A stretch of 54,395 nt of DNA from a virus. Taxonomy: Duplodnaviria; Caudoviricetes. The stretch covers positions 1 through 54,395 of the IMG/VR virus record IMGVR_UViG_3300042922_001429, one strand, 5' to 3'. A model generated the notes under the pieces. The model saw only the letters and a program-made list of their open reading frames with translations. It ran no database searches and was not told the origin of the DNA. The position numbers and the translations under genes are program-made. Below, piece after piece: positions 17,853 to 27,261 of this stretch. Position 1 is the first letter of the stretch. Each line of letters begins with the position of its first letter.

Positions 17853-17883
17853 ACCCGACTGGCGTATTGTCGGTCGGGTTTTT
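17853..17883 (+). terminator. Intrinsic terminator after the tRNA cluster
   Basis: ACCCGACTGGC...GTCGGTCGGGT-TTTT. Confidence 0.75.
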
Positions 17884-17894
17884 AAATTTTAGAG

Positions 17895-18518
17895 ATGACA
17901 GAAAAATTAATCCAAAAAGCACTTTTACACAACTTTCACTCTCACCAGTATAAGTTTACAAACGTGTATTACTTCCAAAACGAAAGTGATTGGTTAAGTT
18001 TTCTCCCATCAGGATTTTGTTATGAGGTTGAGGTTAAGATTAGCCGTGCCGACTTCAGAAAAGATTTCGCAAAATCAAGACATGAAATCCATACTAAAAA
18101 CAATGAAGGTTCAAAATATTATGTAGAGAGAAATGGCCCTGAAATGATTCATCAGCCATCATGGAAATTATGTAAAGCTTTCCCCGAATTAATTGAGTCT
18201 AGAGAATACCGAAGCTACAGCCGCCGTTCAAGCATGGATATGGAAGTGAGCTATTACATGAATGTTTCATCTAAAATAGATATCAGAGAAGTCAAAAACG
18301 AAAGCTTACCTAACAAGTTCTTTTACGCAGTTCCTGAGGGATTGGTAACTAGAGAAGAAGTTCCGGATTATGCAGGACTGCTTTATATCAAACCAGATAT
18401 GACGGTTCAGAAAGTGAAAGATGGAAAGTTCATTCACAAAGATAAATTGAGACCTGAAAAGGTTTTCCAGAAAACATATAACTCATACGAGAGAAAATTG
18501 TACGAGAGTCTGAGATAA
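17895..18518 (+). CDS. MmcB-like PD-(D/E)xK nuclease-fold protein
   Basis: ESDWL...YEVEVKISRADFRKD...NKFFYAVP...VPDYAGLL. Confidence 0.7.
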   Translation: MTEKLIQKALLHNFHSHQYKFTNVYYFQNESDWLSFLPSGFCYEVEVKISRADFRKDFAKSRHEIHTKNNEGSKYYVERNGPEMIHQPSWKLCKAFPELIESREYRSYSRRSSMDMEVSYYMNVSSKIDIREVKNESLPNKFFYAVPEGLVTREEVPDYAGLLYIKPDMTVQKVKDGKFIHKDKLRPEKVFQKTYNSYERKLYESLR

Positions 18519-18519
18519 A

Positions 18520-19365
18520 ATGCAAAAGAAAGAAACTCCTAAAACTCCGATTAAGAAACCAACCACTCCAAAAAAGGCCGTGGCTAAAACCGTTAAGGTA
18601 CCAACGAAACAAACGGCAGTTAAAGCTGAGGTAAGTGCTGAGGTTGAGAAACATGTTACACCGAAAAGAACTCCCAGATCTACGGCTGTAAAAGTTAAGG
18701 TTGCACCGGTGGTAAAGAATCCACCAGTAAAAACCACAACTCGAAAAACTCCGGTTAAGAGAATTCCAGCAAAAGCTAAAGTAGTTGTCAAAGCTCCTGT
18801 AAAAAAACCAACCTCATCAGCGATAAAACCAGCAGCAAAGAAAGTTCTAAACGTTCCGGTAAAGCCAGCAACAAAACCCGATGATAAAAGGATCGGAAAT
18901 AACTTCTGGATGAATAGAGCGAAGCATGGAAGAGAAAAGCTTTTCGCTACACCTAAACTGCTATGGGATGCAGCTTCCGAATACTTCAACTATATTAAAG
19001 AAAATCCGCTTTATGAAACTAAGGTCTTTCAGTTTCAAGGAACAATCGTAACCAAAGAAGTTCCGATCATGCGAGCCATGACCATGAGAGAACTTTGTTT
19101 TTATCTCAATTGTAATGAGACTTACTTCCGACAATTTAAAGCAAACCTCGCTGATGATGAGAAAGATTTTTCCTCGGTCATTGAGGATATCGAGACGATT
19201 GTGTACACTCAGAAATTCCAAGGAGCTGCCGGAAATCTCCTCAACGCAAACATTATAGCCCGTGATCTCGGACTTACAGACAAGAAAGATGTTTCGTCAA
19301 ACGGTGAAACTATAAGCTTTGCCACCTTCTTAATGCAATCGTCAGACGATGAAGAAACAAAATAA
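18520..19365 (+). CDS. terS: Terminase small subunit (P22 gp3-like) with histone H1-like N-terminal extension
   Basis: GNNFW...HGREKLF..P..LWDAASEYF, RAMT, QKFQGAAGNLLNANIIARDLGL. Confidence 0.88.
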   Translation: MQKKETPKTPIKKPTTPKKAVAKTVKVPTKQTAVKAEVSAEVEKHVTPKRTPRSTAVKVKVAPVVKNPPVKTTTRKTPVKRIPAKAKVVVKAPVKKPTSSAIKPAAKKVLNVPVKPATKPDDKRIGNNFWMNRAKHGREKLFATPKLLWDAASEYFNYIKENPLYETKVFQFQGTIVTKEVPIMRAMTMRELCFYLNCNETYFRQFKANLADDEKDFSSVIEDIETIVYTQKFQGAAGNLLNANIIARDLGLTDKKDVSSNGETISFATFLMQSSDDEETK

Positions 19366-19377
19366 ATAAAATATACC

Positions 19378-19749
19378 ATGGAAAACACATTAGAAGAAAA
19401 CGAAAATTACGGAAAAGCAACAATAGGTTTTGGTACACCTGAACAGAAGGAATTAAATATTGTGGAATTTCTTCAGGCAGAATATAAAGACAATCGTTTA
19501 ATGTCTGTAGTAATGTTAGAGGATGAATCTTTTATATTTTCGGTTGAAAATCCTGTATCATCAGGCAGGGCTCCACATCAAAGTATGAGATTAGGCAAAG
19601 AATCAGCAATTGGAATGCTTTCTACAATTCTTTTGTACTTCAATGCTAAATTAGGTGAAGAGGGAATGCAAGAAGCAATTAAAGAAGCGTCTGTAAGGAA
19701 TGAGATAAACTATTCGACTTCAAAGAATTTCAAATTAAAGTCTGAGTAA
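19378..19749 (+). CDS. Hypothetical protein between terS and terL
   Basis: ORF track. Confidence 0.65.
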   Translation: MENTLEENENYGKATIGFGTPEQKELNIVEFLQAEYKDNRLMSVVMLEDESFIFSVENPVSSGRAPHQSMRLGKESAIGMLSTILLYFNAKLGEEGMQEAIKEASVRNEINYSTSKNFKLKSE

Positions 19750-19752
19750 AAA

Positions 19753-21306
19753 GTGAACAATAAAGACATCCAACAGAAGGGAATTCAGAAAATGAATGAA
19801 TGGAGAGCGGACTGGAATAAGTTCGCTTATGATGTTTTGAAGGCTAGGCTCGATCCGGAACAACAGGCTATTTTACATTCAGTTCAGCATAACTCCAGAA
19901 CTTCTGTATGTTCAGGAACTGCAAGAGGTAAAGACTTTCTTTCTGCCGTTGCTGCAATGTGTTTCATGTATATGACTCCAAAATGGAGAGGGAAGGAGTT
20001 GATTCATAATACTAAAGTTGCTATGACGGCTCCGACAGGTAGACAGGTTGAAAACATCATGCAACCCGAAATCTCAAGGCTTTACAATAACGCTTTATCT
20101 CAAGGAATTCAATTGCCTGGTCGATTGGTTTCAAATGATATCAGAACGGATGTTGACGAATGGTTTTTGACAGGGTTTAAAGCTGATGATAGTACTCATG
20201 AAGCTTGGTCTGGATTTCACGCTGTAAATACCATGTTTGTTGTCACAGAGGCAACAGGTTTATCAGAATCAACCTTTGTAGCAATTGAAGGAAACTTACA
20301 GGGAAATTCAAGGATTCTTATTGTTTTTAATCCGAATGTATCTGTCGGTTATGCAGCAAAGTCTCAGAAGGGAGATCGTTGGATTAAGTTCAGATTAAAT
20401 TCTTTGAATGCGCCAAATGTTGTTGAGAAAAGAGAAGTTATTCCCGGTCAAGTAGATTACAATTGGGTAAAAGATAAAATTGATAACTGGTGTACCATCA
20501 TCAACGAAAACGATATCAAAGAGTCAGAAGATGATTTCGAGTTTGAAAATGTTTGGTACCGACCTAACGATACTTTTAGGATTAAAGTTCTAGGAAAGTT
20601 CCCGAAAGTATCTGAAGATACTCTTATTCCTGAACAATGGATTGAGAAAGCAAATCAACGATGGACCGAATACCAGAAAACAAATAAAAAAGCTCACAAA
20701 AAGCATCATCAGGTCTTAGGGTCTGATATTGCCGGGATGGGACGTGATAATACAGTTAATTGCCCTCGTTACGGAAATTATGTTGAGAAATTCATTATAA
20801 AACACGCAGGAGGTAAGGCGAATCACATGCAGGAGGCTGGAAACATCTCCAATATTTTAAACTCAGACAGCAATGCAACAGCTTCCATAGATACCATCGG
20901 AGAAGGTGCCGGAGTTTATTCGAGATTGGTAGAGTTAGGCTTCGAAAAGCGTGTTATTTCATGTAAATATTCAGCTAAACCAGAATTCAGAGGTCGTGAA
21001 TTGAAAGACAGCACTGATCAGTATTCTTTCCTGAATATGAGAGCTTATCTATTCTGGTCCGTTCGTGAATGGCTGGATCCGGAGAATGGTCATGAGGCTA
21101 TGTTGCCGCCAAATGATGCTTTCATGGAAGAAGCAACTGAGATCAAATGGTTTTTCCGTTCCGATGGAAAGATTCAGATGGAAAAGAAAGAAGATATTAA
21201 GAAGCGATTGAGTAGGTCAACCGACTTATTTGATGCTCTTGCAAATACATTTTATCCAATACCTCCAAAAGTGAATCCTAACGGCTTTTCGGGTATTCTT
21301 TGGTAA
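19753..21306 (+). CDS. terL: Terminase large subunit
   Basis: SGTARGKD Walker A, VVTEATG, GSDIAGMGRD, RSTDLFDALA nuclease motifs. Confidence 0.9.
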   Translation: MNNKDIQQKGIQKMNEWRADWNKFAYDVLKARLDPEQQAILHSVQHNSRTSVCSGTARGKDFLSAVAAMCFMYMTPKWRGKELIHNTKVAMTAPTGRQVENIMQPEISRLYNNALSQGIQLPGRLVSNDIRTDVDEWFLTGFKADDSTHEAWSGFHAVNTMFVVTEATGLSESTFVAIEGNLQGNSRILIVFNPNVSVGYAAKSQKGDRWIKFRLNSLNAPNVVEKREVIPGQVDYNWVKDKIDNWCTIINENDIKESEDDFEFENVWYRPNDTFRIKVLGKFPKVSEDTLIPEQWIEKANQRWTEYQKTNKKAHKKHHQVLGSDIAGMGRDNTVNCPRYGNYVEKFIIKHAGGKANHMQEAGNISNILNSDSNATASIDTIGEGAGVYSRLVELGFEKRVISCKYSAKPEFRGRELKDSTDQYSFLNMRAYLFWSVREWLDPENGHEAMLPPNDAFMEEATEIKWFFRSDGKIQMEKKEDIKKRLSRSTDLFDALANTFYPIPPKVNPNGFSGILW

Positions 21307-21653
21307 TGATAGATTTGAATTACATATTGTCATTGACTAAGGAAGAATTAGATTCTTTGCCTTACGATGTTTTGAAGTGGGAATGCTGCTGCAAAGATTG
21401 TAATCGTGGAACAACTGTAAGAGATTATGCTATCGCTCCATATTATATTTTAAATAGAAATGGAAAAGCTATAAACAAAAACCCTTCAAAATACTGGATG
21501 GATACTTCGAAAATAGTCTGGTTATGTGGGAAACATTTTGCAATCATGAAGCGGTGCGGATTTGATTATATCCTATCAAAGTATTTTGATAAAGCAACGG
21601 ATCCGGAAGGAGTTATGAAAAAAGTAAATCAGGGAATTGAAAAATTAAAATAA
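21306..21653 (+). CDS. Cys-rich putative Zn-binding protein
   Basis: CCCKDC...WLCGKH; likely ATG at 21306. Confidence 0.6.
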   Translation: MIDLNYILSLTKEELDSLPYDVLKWECCCKDCNRGTTVRDYAIAPYYILNRNGKAINKNPSKYWMDTSKIVWLCGKHFAIMKRCGFDYILSKYFDKATDPEGVMKKVNQGIEKLK

Positions 21654-21666
21654 AAAATAAAATACG

Positions 21667-21849
21667 ATGATTGAATTTAGAGATAAAAGTGGAAATCCTG
21701 TAACAATAAATATAAAATATGTCGTGGCTATTTATTGTGATAGTGAGATTATTCTTACCACGGGTGATAGAATTCAAATTGATATGGCATATGATCAATT
21801 AAAAGCCATAATCCTAAGCTCAACAGCAATGATAAATAAAGCATCATGA
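21667..21849 (+). CDS. Small FlbD-like protein
   Basis: VTINIKYVVAI...IILTTGDRIQI..YDQLKAII. Confidence 0.55.
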   Translation: MIEFRDKSGNPVTINIKYVVAIYCDSEIILTTGDRIQIDMAYDQLKAIILSSTAMINKAS

Positions 21850-23258
21850 ACATACAAGAAATTACAGAACAATCCGGGATTCAGGAACAAATCGACATTT
21901 TAAAGGTAGATCGATCTGCAAAACCAAAGATTGAAGATATTAAAAAAGAGTGGAAGGTTTCGGAGCACCGAACCATCACGGATAAAACCTTTCTTCCGGA
22001 TAAGGAAATTAAGGATGAATCTGGTAAGGTTTTAAGGGTAAAACCTGTAAATAGAATAGCAATACCGGTTCAAAAGTATATAGTTGGTAGCGCTGTTTCC
22101 TTTGGTTTTGGGAATAACGTACAGATTAAATCAAATGCTGAAGAGGGATCTCAAGAAGAAGTTGTCGAAAAAGCTATTGAAAGAATTCTTTACGAGAATA
22201 AAACCAATATCAAGAACCGACAGATTGCCCGGGAACTTTATCGATCAACTGAAATCGCTGAATATTGGTATTATCAGAAAGTAGATAGTCATGAAGATTA
22301 CGGATTTCCATGTAATTTTAGAATCAAACTAAAGCTTTTTGTTCCATGGAAGAATGATATTCTTTATCCAATGTTTGACGAATATGATAATATGGTTGCT
22401 TTCTCCCGTGGCTTTTCTTTGGTCGACAAACAGAAAAAGGTTATCGAATATTTTGAAACTTTCACTGATACTGATGTAAAGCGTTTCAAAAAAGAAGATT
22501 CAGGATGGGTTGAAGATGTGATCGAAGGAATTGGAAAGAATGTGATCGAGAAAATCCCGGTTGTTTATGCTTCGCAGGAAGAAACAGAATGGGAAGATGT
22601 AAAATTCGATATCGAACGTCTTGAGTTGATCTTCTCCCGACATGCTGAGATCAATGATTATCACGCATCACCAATGATCTTCATAACTGGTACTGTTAAT
22701 TCTATGCCACAAGCCGGAGAAGCTAATAAAGCAGCTCAAGGAGATATCGGATCTGATATGAAAGTAATATCATGGGAATCAGCTCCAGAGTCTTTAAAAC
22801 TGGAGATTGAAACGAGACTTGAAAACATTCATAAGTTTACTAAAACACCTGATTTATTTAGACAGGTTAAAGGAATGTCACAAATCTCAGGGATCATGCT
22901 TAAAATGCTTTTCATGGATGCTCACTTAAAGGTTATGGAGAAAAATGAGATCTGGGATGATTACTTTCAACGTCGATTCAATATCCTAAAAAGCTATGTT
23001 GGAAAGCTTTTAAATACTAAATTAGCTGATGCAGCCAACAAATTAGAGCTTGAACCGGTGATCAAACCTTTCATGATTCAAGACACTAAAGAGTGGGTTG
23101 AAACTCTCATGACAGCGAACGGAAATCAACCTTTATTATCTCAAGAATATTCTGCTGAGCTTTCTACGTTGGCTCCGAAAGAAGATTGGTTGATTCTGGA
23201 AGCTGAGCAGGAAAAAAAGAAAACCGAGAGTCAATTTGCTAATCCTGTAGAGTTATGA
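21846..23258 (+). CDS. Portal protein, SPP1 gp6-like
   Basis: VNRIAIP, KIPVVY, TKTPDL, SGIMLKMLF, QRRFNIL; position after terL. Confidence 0.9.
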   Translation: MNIQEITEQSGIQEQIDILKVDRSAKPKIEDIKKEWKVSEHRTITDKTFLPDKEIKDESGKVLRVKPVNRIAIPVQKYIVGSAVSFGFGNNVQIKSNAEEGSQEEVVEKAIERILYENKTNIKNRQIARELYRSTEIAEYWYYQKVDSHEDYGFPCNFRIKLKLFVPWKNDILYPMFDEYDNMVAFSRGFSLVDKQKKVIEYFETFTDTDVKRFKKEDSGWVEDVIEGIGKNVIEKIPVVYASQEETEWEDVKFDIERLELIFSRHAEINDYHASPMIFITGTVNSMPQAGEANKAAQGDIGSDMKVISWESAPESLKLEIETRLENIHKFTKTPDLFRQVKGMSQISGIMLKMLFMDAHLKVMEKNEIWDDYFQRRFNILKSYVGKLLNTKLADAANKLELEPVIKPFMIQDTKEWVETLMTANGNQPLLSQEYSAELSTLAPKEDWLILEAEQEKKKTESQFANPVEL

Positions 23259-23467
23259 TTACAATAATTGCTGAGGTTCCGCCAGGCGAATCAGTGGAAC
23301 GAGCTTTTGAAGAAACTATTCGCATTTCTAAAATACTTAATTGTAAAGTGAGATTTATATTTAATGATTTGGAGTGTATTTCACATCCAAACGGATCATC
23401 TACAAAGGGTCGTGATAATTATCTTCTAGCTTGTAAAAACAAAAGTGATACAGTTTATTCAATATGA
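23255..23467 (+). CDS. Hypothetical protein
   Basis: Coupled ORF. Confidence 0.65.
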   Translation: MITIIAEVPPGESVERAFEETIRISKILNCKVRFIFNDLECISHPNGSSTKGRDNYLLACKNKSDTVYSI

Positions 23468-23850
23468 TAAAATTCTCAATTAGACTTTCCGTTTACAAAA
23501 CTACCATCGATGTTGTTATCGGTGGTACTGAAGATGAGCGAAAAGCGTTTCTGTCGAAATTCTATGAGTACAATAATGTGATGTACATCATTGAAGAAAC
23601 TCAATGTCACGATGCTACAACCGTACTTCATCATAAGACTGGTGATATCATAATTATGATGAATGAAAGTCCAAAAACAAGCAACTTCTGGATGAGTATT
23701 TTAGTTCATGAAACCTCACATGCTACAAGAAAGATTTTAGGAGCAATTCACACTCCACATGTTGAAGAAACAGAAGAAGTCTACGTATATCTACAGCAGT
23801 TTATTTTTGAAGAAATCCTAAACAATTTAGATAATGGCCAATCTGCATGA
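23464..23850 (+). CDS. HExxH metallopeptidase-like protein
   Basis: ILVHETSHA...EEVYVY. Confidence 0.65.
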   Translation: MIKFSIRLSVYKTTIDVVIGGTEDERKAFLSKFYEYNNVMYIIEETQCHDATTVLHHKTGDIIIMMNESPKTSNFWMSILVHETSHATRKILGAIHTPHVEETEEVYVYLQQFIFEEILNNLDNGQSA

Positions 23851-24886
23851 TGATAGCTTTGATTTAAATCATTTTAACCGAAATGAATACAACGTCGGTA
23901 GAATAAAAGTATTTTACCGAAATGTTATTGAAGATATTGTGAGATTGATTTCTTTAGGTCGTATTGATGTAACAAAACTGTTTTCTTTCAAAGACTATCC
24001 GGATCTCAAAAGATCAGTCGATATGCTTTTTGAGCAGTTCACAAAGAATGTATCAATCGAAATGAATACTCAAATCGAGAAAAGCTGGAAGTATGGGGAA
24101 AAGAAACAAGCCGACCTCGTAAACAGAGTAGCATCAAAATTAGATCTTCCTACACAAAAGGTCAAAGAATACCTCAATCCAAATACAGAAGCTTTAAAGG
24201 CGTTTAGAAACCGTAAATCTGATGGTCTTAATTTATCAGATCGAGTTTGGAAGTTATCCAACCAATTTAAAAAAGAAATTGAGTTAGGTTTAGATCTTGG
24301 AATAGGTGAGGGAAAGTCTGCTGCCAAACTTGCAAGAGAATTAAAATCAAATCTTACAGAACCTGATCGATTGTTTCGCAGGATCCGTGATAAGCATGGA
24401 AATTTAATTTTATCTCAGAATGCAAAAGCTTATAATCCCGGACAAGGTGTTTACAGATCTTCTTACAAAAACGCTGAACGTTTAACCAGGACCGAAAACA
24501 ATATAGCTTATCACGAAGCTAACTTTCAAAAGATGCAGCAGTTTGATTTTGTGAAGGGAATCAGAATTAAACTATCTAATAATCCAAATCATTGCCCTTT
24601 CTGCGAAGCAATGGCGGGGGAATATCCGAAAGACTTTAAGTTCTGGGGCTGGCATCCTCAATGCAGATGTACGGTAATAACTATCTTGAAGACTTGGGCG
24701 GAAATGGAAAAGGATAATGAAAGAATATTCGCAGGATTAAAACCTTTAGAACCTGCAGATGTAATTACTAAACTTCCTGATCAGTTTACTTCTTGGATTA
24801 CCGAGAATAAGCAGAAAATTCAAAATGCTAAATCTAAACCTTATTTCATACTGAATAATCAAGAAAAAGTTAGCCATCTTTTGTAG
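23834..24886 (+). CDS. Minor head protein, SPP1 gp7/MuF-like
   Basis: LSDRVW, AERLTRTE, CPFC, WHPQCRC. Confidence 0.85.
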   Translation: MANLHDDSFDLNHFNRNEYNVGRIKVFYRNVIEDIVRLISLGRIDVTKLFSFKDYPDLKRSVDMLFEQFTKNVSIEMNTQIEKSWKYGEKKQADLVNRVASKLDLPTQKVKEYLNPNTEALKAFRNRKSDGLNLSDRVWKLSNQFKKEIELGLDLGIGEGKSAAKLARELKSNLTEPDRLFRRIRDKHGNLILSQNAKAYNPGQGVYRSSYKNAERLTRTENNIAYHEANFQKMQQFDFVKGIRIKLSNNPNHCPFCEAMAGEYPKDFKFWGWHPQCRCTVITILKTWAEMEKDNERIFAGLKPLEPADVITKLPDQFTSWITENKQKIQNAKSKPYFILNNQEKVSHLL

Positions 24887-24897
24887 ATGGCTTTTTT
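24872..24897 (+). terminator. Intrinsic terminator ending the packaging operon
   Basis: AGCCATCT-TTTGT-AGATGGCT-TTTTT. Confidence 0.75.
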
Positions 24898-25285
24898 GAT
24901 TATTTCTATAAAATAAGCAAATGAAACTTTTAAATTGAAAAAAAAGAAAGTAACTAACAATTGTCGTTCTTTTATTAATTACGATAATAACTTTACTATA
25001 AATTCATTAAATTTGAGTATCTCTTTGTAATTAAAAGTGTGAAACTAGTTCGATGAAAAATAAAAATATAAAATGAATACTTTGTGATGGTTAGTTAATA
25101 TAATAGAAAAAAATAGAATTCTCAGAAGTTTAATTTAAAAATTAATGCTTTTGCAAATGAAATATGTTATAATTATCTTTGTTAAAGGACGGTTGCATTA
25201 AAATGCACGTCTGATTGATAGAAGCGTTGGTTAATTGTTTGGAAATAAGCAATTTACGGTAAAAATGGTGAGGCTGAAATCTTAG

Positions 25286-25349
25286 TATCTTTGTATAATA
25301 AAAAAATATCCTTCGGAATATTTGGCGATAGTCGTGAAGGATATTTTTT
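25286..25349 (+). promoter_or_regulatory. -7 box TATCTTTG followed by a 14-bp-stem leader hairpin
   Basis: AAAAAATATCCTTC (25301-25314)/GAAGGATATTTTTT (25336-25349). Confidence 0.6.
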
Positions 25350-25481
25350 GTAAACGAATAAATTAAAAGCTTATGTAAAAGAAAAATACAAATCCGAAAT
25401 TAGATAAAGTAACTCTGTGTTCCGGAACACCATGGGAGGGGTTCTTATATCAAATAAATTAAATAATTAAAAATTAATAAA

Positions 25482-25649
25482 ATGATAAATAGCATTATCA
25501 ACATGTACACGTATGTACAAAAATCAATTAAAAAATTTCTAAAATCTAATTTTATGAAAAAACTTAAATCACTTTTAAAATCACCAGAACTCAAAATTAC
25601 TGTCGAACTGGTAAAACTAATAGCTTACTTGATTAATTTCTTTCTCTAA
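25482..25649 (+). CDS. Small basic/hydrophobic peptide (55 aa, or 31 aa from 25554), candidate type I toxin
   Basis: MKKLKSLLKSPELKITVELVKLIAYLINFFL; below the ORF-track cutoff. Confidence 0.5.
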   Translation: MINSIINMYTYVQKSIKKFLKSNFMKKLKSLLKSPELKITVELVKLIAYLINFFL

Positions 25650-25758
25650 GCTTTTTGTCGTATTTCTTTAAGCGCGAACTAAAAGAATTACGCTATTGTG
25701 TAACACAAAATTATATATAATATAATTATTACGCAAACTTTTTCAAATAATCTTCACT

Positions 25759-25786
25759 GCCCCGGTAAATCGGGGCTTTATTTTTT
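25759..25786 (+). terminator. Intrinsic terminator
   Basis: GCCCCG-GTAAAT-CGGGGC-TTTATTTTTT. Confidence 0.75.
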
Positions 25787-25864
25787 AGGTATACTAGGTA
25801 ATGCATGATCTTTATGGTAAACTTTGATAGTGGCTTTTTTGTTATATTTGTGGAAAAGCTAACC

Positions 25865-26746
25865 ATGAAGAAATTTCATTTTAGAGATGCTATAGAAATA
25901 ATTGTAGACGAAATTAATGATGCGAAAAAGAAATCTAGTAAATTTCATAGAGCATCTAATATAAATGAGAGCGGAATTGAAGTAGAAGCTATAATCCGCA
26001 ATAAGTTAAGTTTGTTTTTGCCGGAACGATATTTGGTTAAACAAGGGCAAATTATCGACGAACTTGGTAATGTTAGTAATCAATTTGATATTATAATTTT
26101 TGATAGGTTGAATACGCCTAAATTTTTCGAGTCTACTAACGGAACAGTTTATTATCCCATAGAGTCAGTTTTGGCAATTGGTGAAATCAAAAAAACACTA
26201 AAACAAGAACATACTGAGCAATTTGCTCGAAATTTGGTGCATTTTAGAGATATCATGAAAAGGAATTTAGTTGAAAATACATTTCATGGAATATCTGCTT
26301 TAAATGCAGATATTAGAGATGTTTTAAGATTTGATATAGATCAGAGATACAAAAACCCGCTATACACTTTTATTTTTGCTATTGATGGAGATTTAAAAAA
26401 GACAGTCGTCGGTGAGCCTATTGAATATTTTTGTAATGATATATTAATTTTGAATGATGGATATAGAATGCATGGTTCAATGATTGATGGTAAATTTAGG
26501 GAATTAGTTGCTGATGATCAGAATAAAATCAATGAAATTTTAGATTACAGAAGTTCTCCAGTTGATGTGTTATCAATATTTTTAAATAGATTAATGAAGC
26601 ATCTAAATAAATGTCATATAGATCCTTTTTCTATTTCAAATTATATATCTGAAGGTAAAGAATTAATGCTCGACAACTCGAAACTAACTAGATATGATAT
26701 ATCAAGTCATCGAACTCTTGAGGAATTTAAAAAAGATATAAAATGA
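25865..26746 (+). CDS. DUF6602/NucC-like restriction-endonuclease-fold protein
   Basis: G..VE.IIRNKL..FLPERY....GQIID..G..SNQFDIIIFD...YPIESVLAIGEIK; own -7 box at 25843-25850. Confidence 0.75.
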   Translation: MKKFHFRDAIEIIVDEINDAKKKSSKFHRASNINESGIEVEAIIRNKLSLFLPERYLVKQGQIIDELGNVSNQFDIIIFDRLNTPKFFESTNGTVYYPIESVLAIGEIKKTLKQEHTEQFARNLVHFRDIMKRNLVENTFHGISALNADIRDVLRFDIDQRYKNPLYTFIFAIDGDLKKTVVGEPIEYFCNDILILNDGYRMHGSMIDGKFRELVADDQNKINEILDYRSSPVDVLSIFLNRLMKHLNKCHIDPFSISNYISEGKELMLDNSKLTRYDISSHRTLEEFKKDIK

Positions 26747-26773
26747 TCATAAATTCATAAAGTTTTACCACTA

Positions 26774-27037
26774 TTAGGTATTTTCAAATTCAAAAGTCTC
26801 TTTCAATAACTCATAAGCTTCTTTTGCCTTTAATCCGGCAGCAAGAGCATTAATAAATCTTTCTTCGTATTCTTGAGGAATCAGCATGAAATAATCTTCG
26901 TTTGTGGAAAGATCTTCGTCACTGCTCACCACTCTAATATAATGATAATTATTGCTCTGATCTCCATATAATTCGATAAATTTAAGGATCGAATGTTTAG
27001 CTTCATCATTATTCTTATTTAACTCGTAATTATCCAT
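26774..27037 (-). CDS. Hypothetical protein
   Basis: End of the leftward accessory operon. Confidence 0.65.
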   Translation of the reverse strand: MDNYELNKNNDEAKHSILKFIELYGDQSNNYHYIRVVSSDEDLSTNEDYFMLIPQEYEERFINALAAGLKAKEAYELLKETFEFENT

Positions 27038-27042
27038 AATTT

Positions 27043-27258
27043 CTATTTATTATTCAAAACCTCTTCTTTTTTCACTATACAAAACTTTGTTCTGTATTCA
27101 TCACCAGGATTTAGACTTTGCTGATATAAAGTTTGTCTGGCCACACCGACTTGTTCGGAGGTGAACATATTGTAAATAGCTGTAATTGAGCTGAAAAAGA
27201 AATCAGCTTTACCTTCTATTGGTTCGTGAAGTTTAACGTGGTAGATTATTCTCGGCAT
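27043..27258 (-). CDS. Hypothetical protein, possibly DNA-binding
   Basis: FFSSITAIY...QVGVARQTLY. Confidence 0.6.
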   Translation of the reverse strand: MPRIIYHVKLHEPIEGKADFFFSSITAIYNMFTSEQVGVARQTLYQQSLNPGDEYRTKFCIVKKEEVLNNK

Positions 27259-27261
27259 AAT

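Noticed and set aside
18483-18989. 168 aa hydrophobic minus-strand ORF
   Set aside because: Shadow of the low-complexity Lys/Pro/Thr terS tail on the opposite strand
25865-26746. Complete CBASS or restriction-modification system
   Set aside because: No CD-NTase, Cap accessory gene or adjacent methyltransferase
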